The notes beneath the pieces were generated by a model. The model was not told the origin of the DNA and did no database searches. It saw nothing but the letters and a program-made list of their open reading frames with translations. The translations under genes and the position numbers were made by a program. Below are positions 61,871 through 64,000 of a stretch of DNA of 64,000 nt, piece after piece. The stretch is from Takakia lepidozioides (taxonomy: Eukaryota > Plantae > Bryophyta): assembly GCA_030704615.1 (NCBI GenBank), contig CM060731.1, positions 86,056,001-86,120,000 of the forward strand, in the 5' to 3' direction. Every line of letters starts with the position of its first letter. Position 1 is the first letter of the stretch.

Positions 61871-62259
61871 ACCCAAGAAATAAGCACGTTCCCTCTGCAG
61901 ATGTCGTTCCCACACAGTCATTCCCTGCCAATGATAACCGTTCCCTATGTATGCTGTGACGGGCCGTGCCAAGCTGTGTCGGGCTGTGACTGTGCCGAAC
62001 TGTGACTGACTGTGTCGGACTGTGTCGGCCTGTGACTGGATGTGATAGACTGTGATAGGCTGTGTAAGGCTGTGTCCGGCTGTGACAAGCTGTGTCCGGC
62101 TGTGATAGACTGTGATAGGTTGTGTATGACTGTGTAAGCCTGCCTGTCACCCCTAAGGCCTCTGTTGGTCTAAGTCTACCATCCGGTAATTCTGCGCAAA
62201 AATTAAGGGTACCCCACAGAACCCGTAAAACTGTCTAAGTCCCAGACAGCCCTCTAACA

Positions 62260-64000
62260 TTACCCCTCCTCCTCTCAAAAAGCCGTGTCCTCACGGTTTA
62301 TTGGTTAGGATCAGCAAACCTTTGTGAGCGAGCACCCTTCTGTCGGTGAGAGTCCCTTGGAGGGCTCTGTGTGCGAGCCCGAGCCCTGTCACTGGCTGGT
62401 GGAGATGACTGGTCACCAAATGGAAATGTCTGACCCTCCTTTGGTTGATAACGAGGTAACTTCTCAGGCATAGGAGATTGCCGTCGTTTCTTCTCTGCCA
62501 TTTGTAGTGCATAGTCCTCGGCCATGAACATTCAGCTGTCCATGCAAACACTGCATCCTTCTTCAAAAGCTTACTCAATGGAGCTGCCATCTGTGCATAC
62601 CGTTTGACAAACCTTCTATAATAAGTAGTTTGTCCAAGGAATCTCCTTAGACCCTTCACGTTACTTGGTGGTGGTGAGGCTTTAATAGCCTCTGTCTTTC
62701 TAGGATCCACAAGCAGTCCCTTCTTACACACAATGTGTCCCAGTAGTAGCCCTGAGTTCACACAGAAAGTACACTTTTCCGGATTCAGACCAAGACCTCT
62801 CATCCTGCATCTGGCCAAACATAATTCCAACTTCTGCAAGTGCTCATTCTTAGAACTGTAAACACTGAAGTCATCTAAAAACACTTGCATGAAATCATCC
62901 AGATACTCATGGAAGGATTCACTTATCACCCTCTGGAAAGTTGCTGGTGCATTACAAAGTCCAAAAAGCATGACTTTGTATGCATAAGCACCCCAGTCTG
63001 TGATGAAAGCTGTCTTTCCCTGGTCTTCTTCCGCCACTTGCACTTGGTTATACCCACTGAAGCCATCCATGAATGAGTACATCTCATGGCCTGCCACAGT
63101 GTCCAGTACAACTTCTGTGAATGGCAAGGGAAAGAGATATTTCTTTGTACAAGCATTCAACTTTTTTTAGTTCACACAAACTCCCAGTTTACCATTCTTC
63201 TTGGGAACTATCACTATGGGTGATAGCCAAGTTGTATACTCTATCGGGTATATGAACTTAGCCTCAGCCGCTTCTTGATCTCTTTCCCAACCTTCTGTGT
63301 ATAGTTAGGATTCCCCGTACCTTGCCTATTTAATTGGTACTGACCCTGGTTCCAGTTCAATCTTATGCTGGCAGATCTCAAGTGGTATCCCTTTCAAATC
63401 CTCATAGCTCCAAGCAAATACATCTTTGTATTTGATGAACGGGCTCTTAGCTTCCTCAAAGAATTCTGGCTCCAAGTCAGCTCCCACTTTCACCATTCTT
63501 GGTTCCTCCTCAGTTCCCACATTCACTTCTCTCACCTGCTCTTCAACTGTGATTGTCCATCGAGCCACCACTTCATCCTGTAAACTCACTGTGGCTGGTT
63601 CTTCTAGGATTCCCATTTCTCCCTCTCTTTCTTCATAGAAATGTGGTGGGTAACTGCTTGTTTCACCCTCAATTGGTGTGGCTGTTACTGCACCACAGCA
63701 GATACCTTTAAAACAACTCAGACCTCCCAGTTGCATTTCTGCAACCTGCTCCCACTTTGGGTGTGCAGCAAACAGGGTAGCTTCCTGCTCCTCATCAAGT
63801 CCTCCCCTCCAGTCATACTCTCTGACTCCACGAGGTCTTCTGGTAGCAGGTAGCCTACTAGATTTCTTAGTGGTGACCTGTATCTTGTACTTCCCATCAT
63901 GTACAGTCAGTAACTGGGAATTCCAGTCATGGAATACCCTGGCCTGTTTCAGCCATGGTCGACCCAGTAATAAGGAATAGGCTTCCATAACATCATCCAT
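62260..64000 (-). mobile_element. Gypsy internal region: protease end and RT, deleted for RNase H/integrase and fused to the 3' extra ORF; PPT
   Basis: YSFMDGFSGYNQV, FLDDFSVYS, LRRFLGQTTYYRRF. Junction near 62525. Paralogous to 53480-54150. Confidence 0.92.

Larger units (their letters stand above)
57500..62259 (-). mobile_element. LTR region shared between two tandem gypsy internal domains, expanded by insertions
   Basis: The 62259 end follows a PPT and the 57500 end precedes a PBS. Both ends match the LTR at 38036-38366. Confidence 0.65.

Overview
Repeat-rich eukaryotic DNA, almost certainly plant (GT-AG introns, Ty1/copia, Athila/Tat-type Ty3/gypsy, L1-type LINEs). A non-seed plant is my guess, not something I can establish. 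Only one intact host gene is evident: a 4-exon DUF829/TMEM53-family gene at 48202-51181. The rest is nested, mostly decayed transposons. The most notable structure is a ~14-kb Mutator-like DNA transposon (13437-27397) with short TIRs (GRGGNYWGCTATTTCATGAGC). It encodes (i) a GCM-type zinc/DDE/SWIM transposase, (ii) a small conserved accessory ORF, and (iii) a divergently transcribed multi-exon gene fusing a ParB/Srx-like domain (DGNHR) to a prokaryote-type N6/N4 DNA amino-methyltransferase SAM-binding module. It also carries arrays of a GGCGCC-centred palindrome. A second family member lies at 35333-40521. A gypsy RT split in two with a shared 8-bp duplication indicates that these ends produced a ~22-kb inversion by reversed-ends transposition. 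Other oddities: a gypsy protease fused to a dUTPase-like domain behind a -1 frameshift signal, a TTAA/piggyBac-type MITE, and RING and helicase cargo. All protein-family calls come from motif recognition by eye, not database searches.
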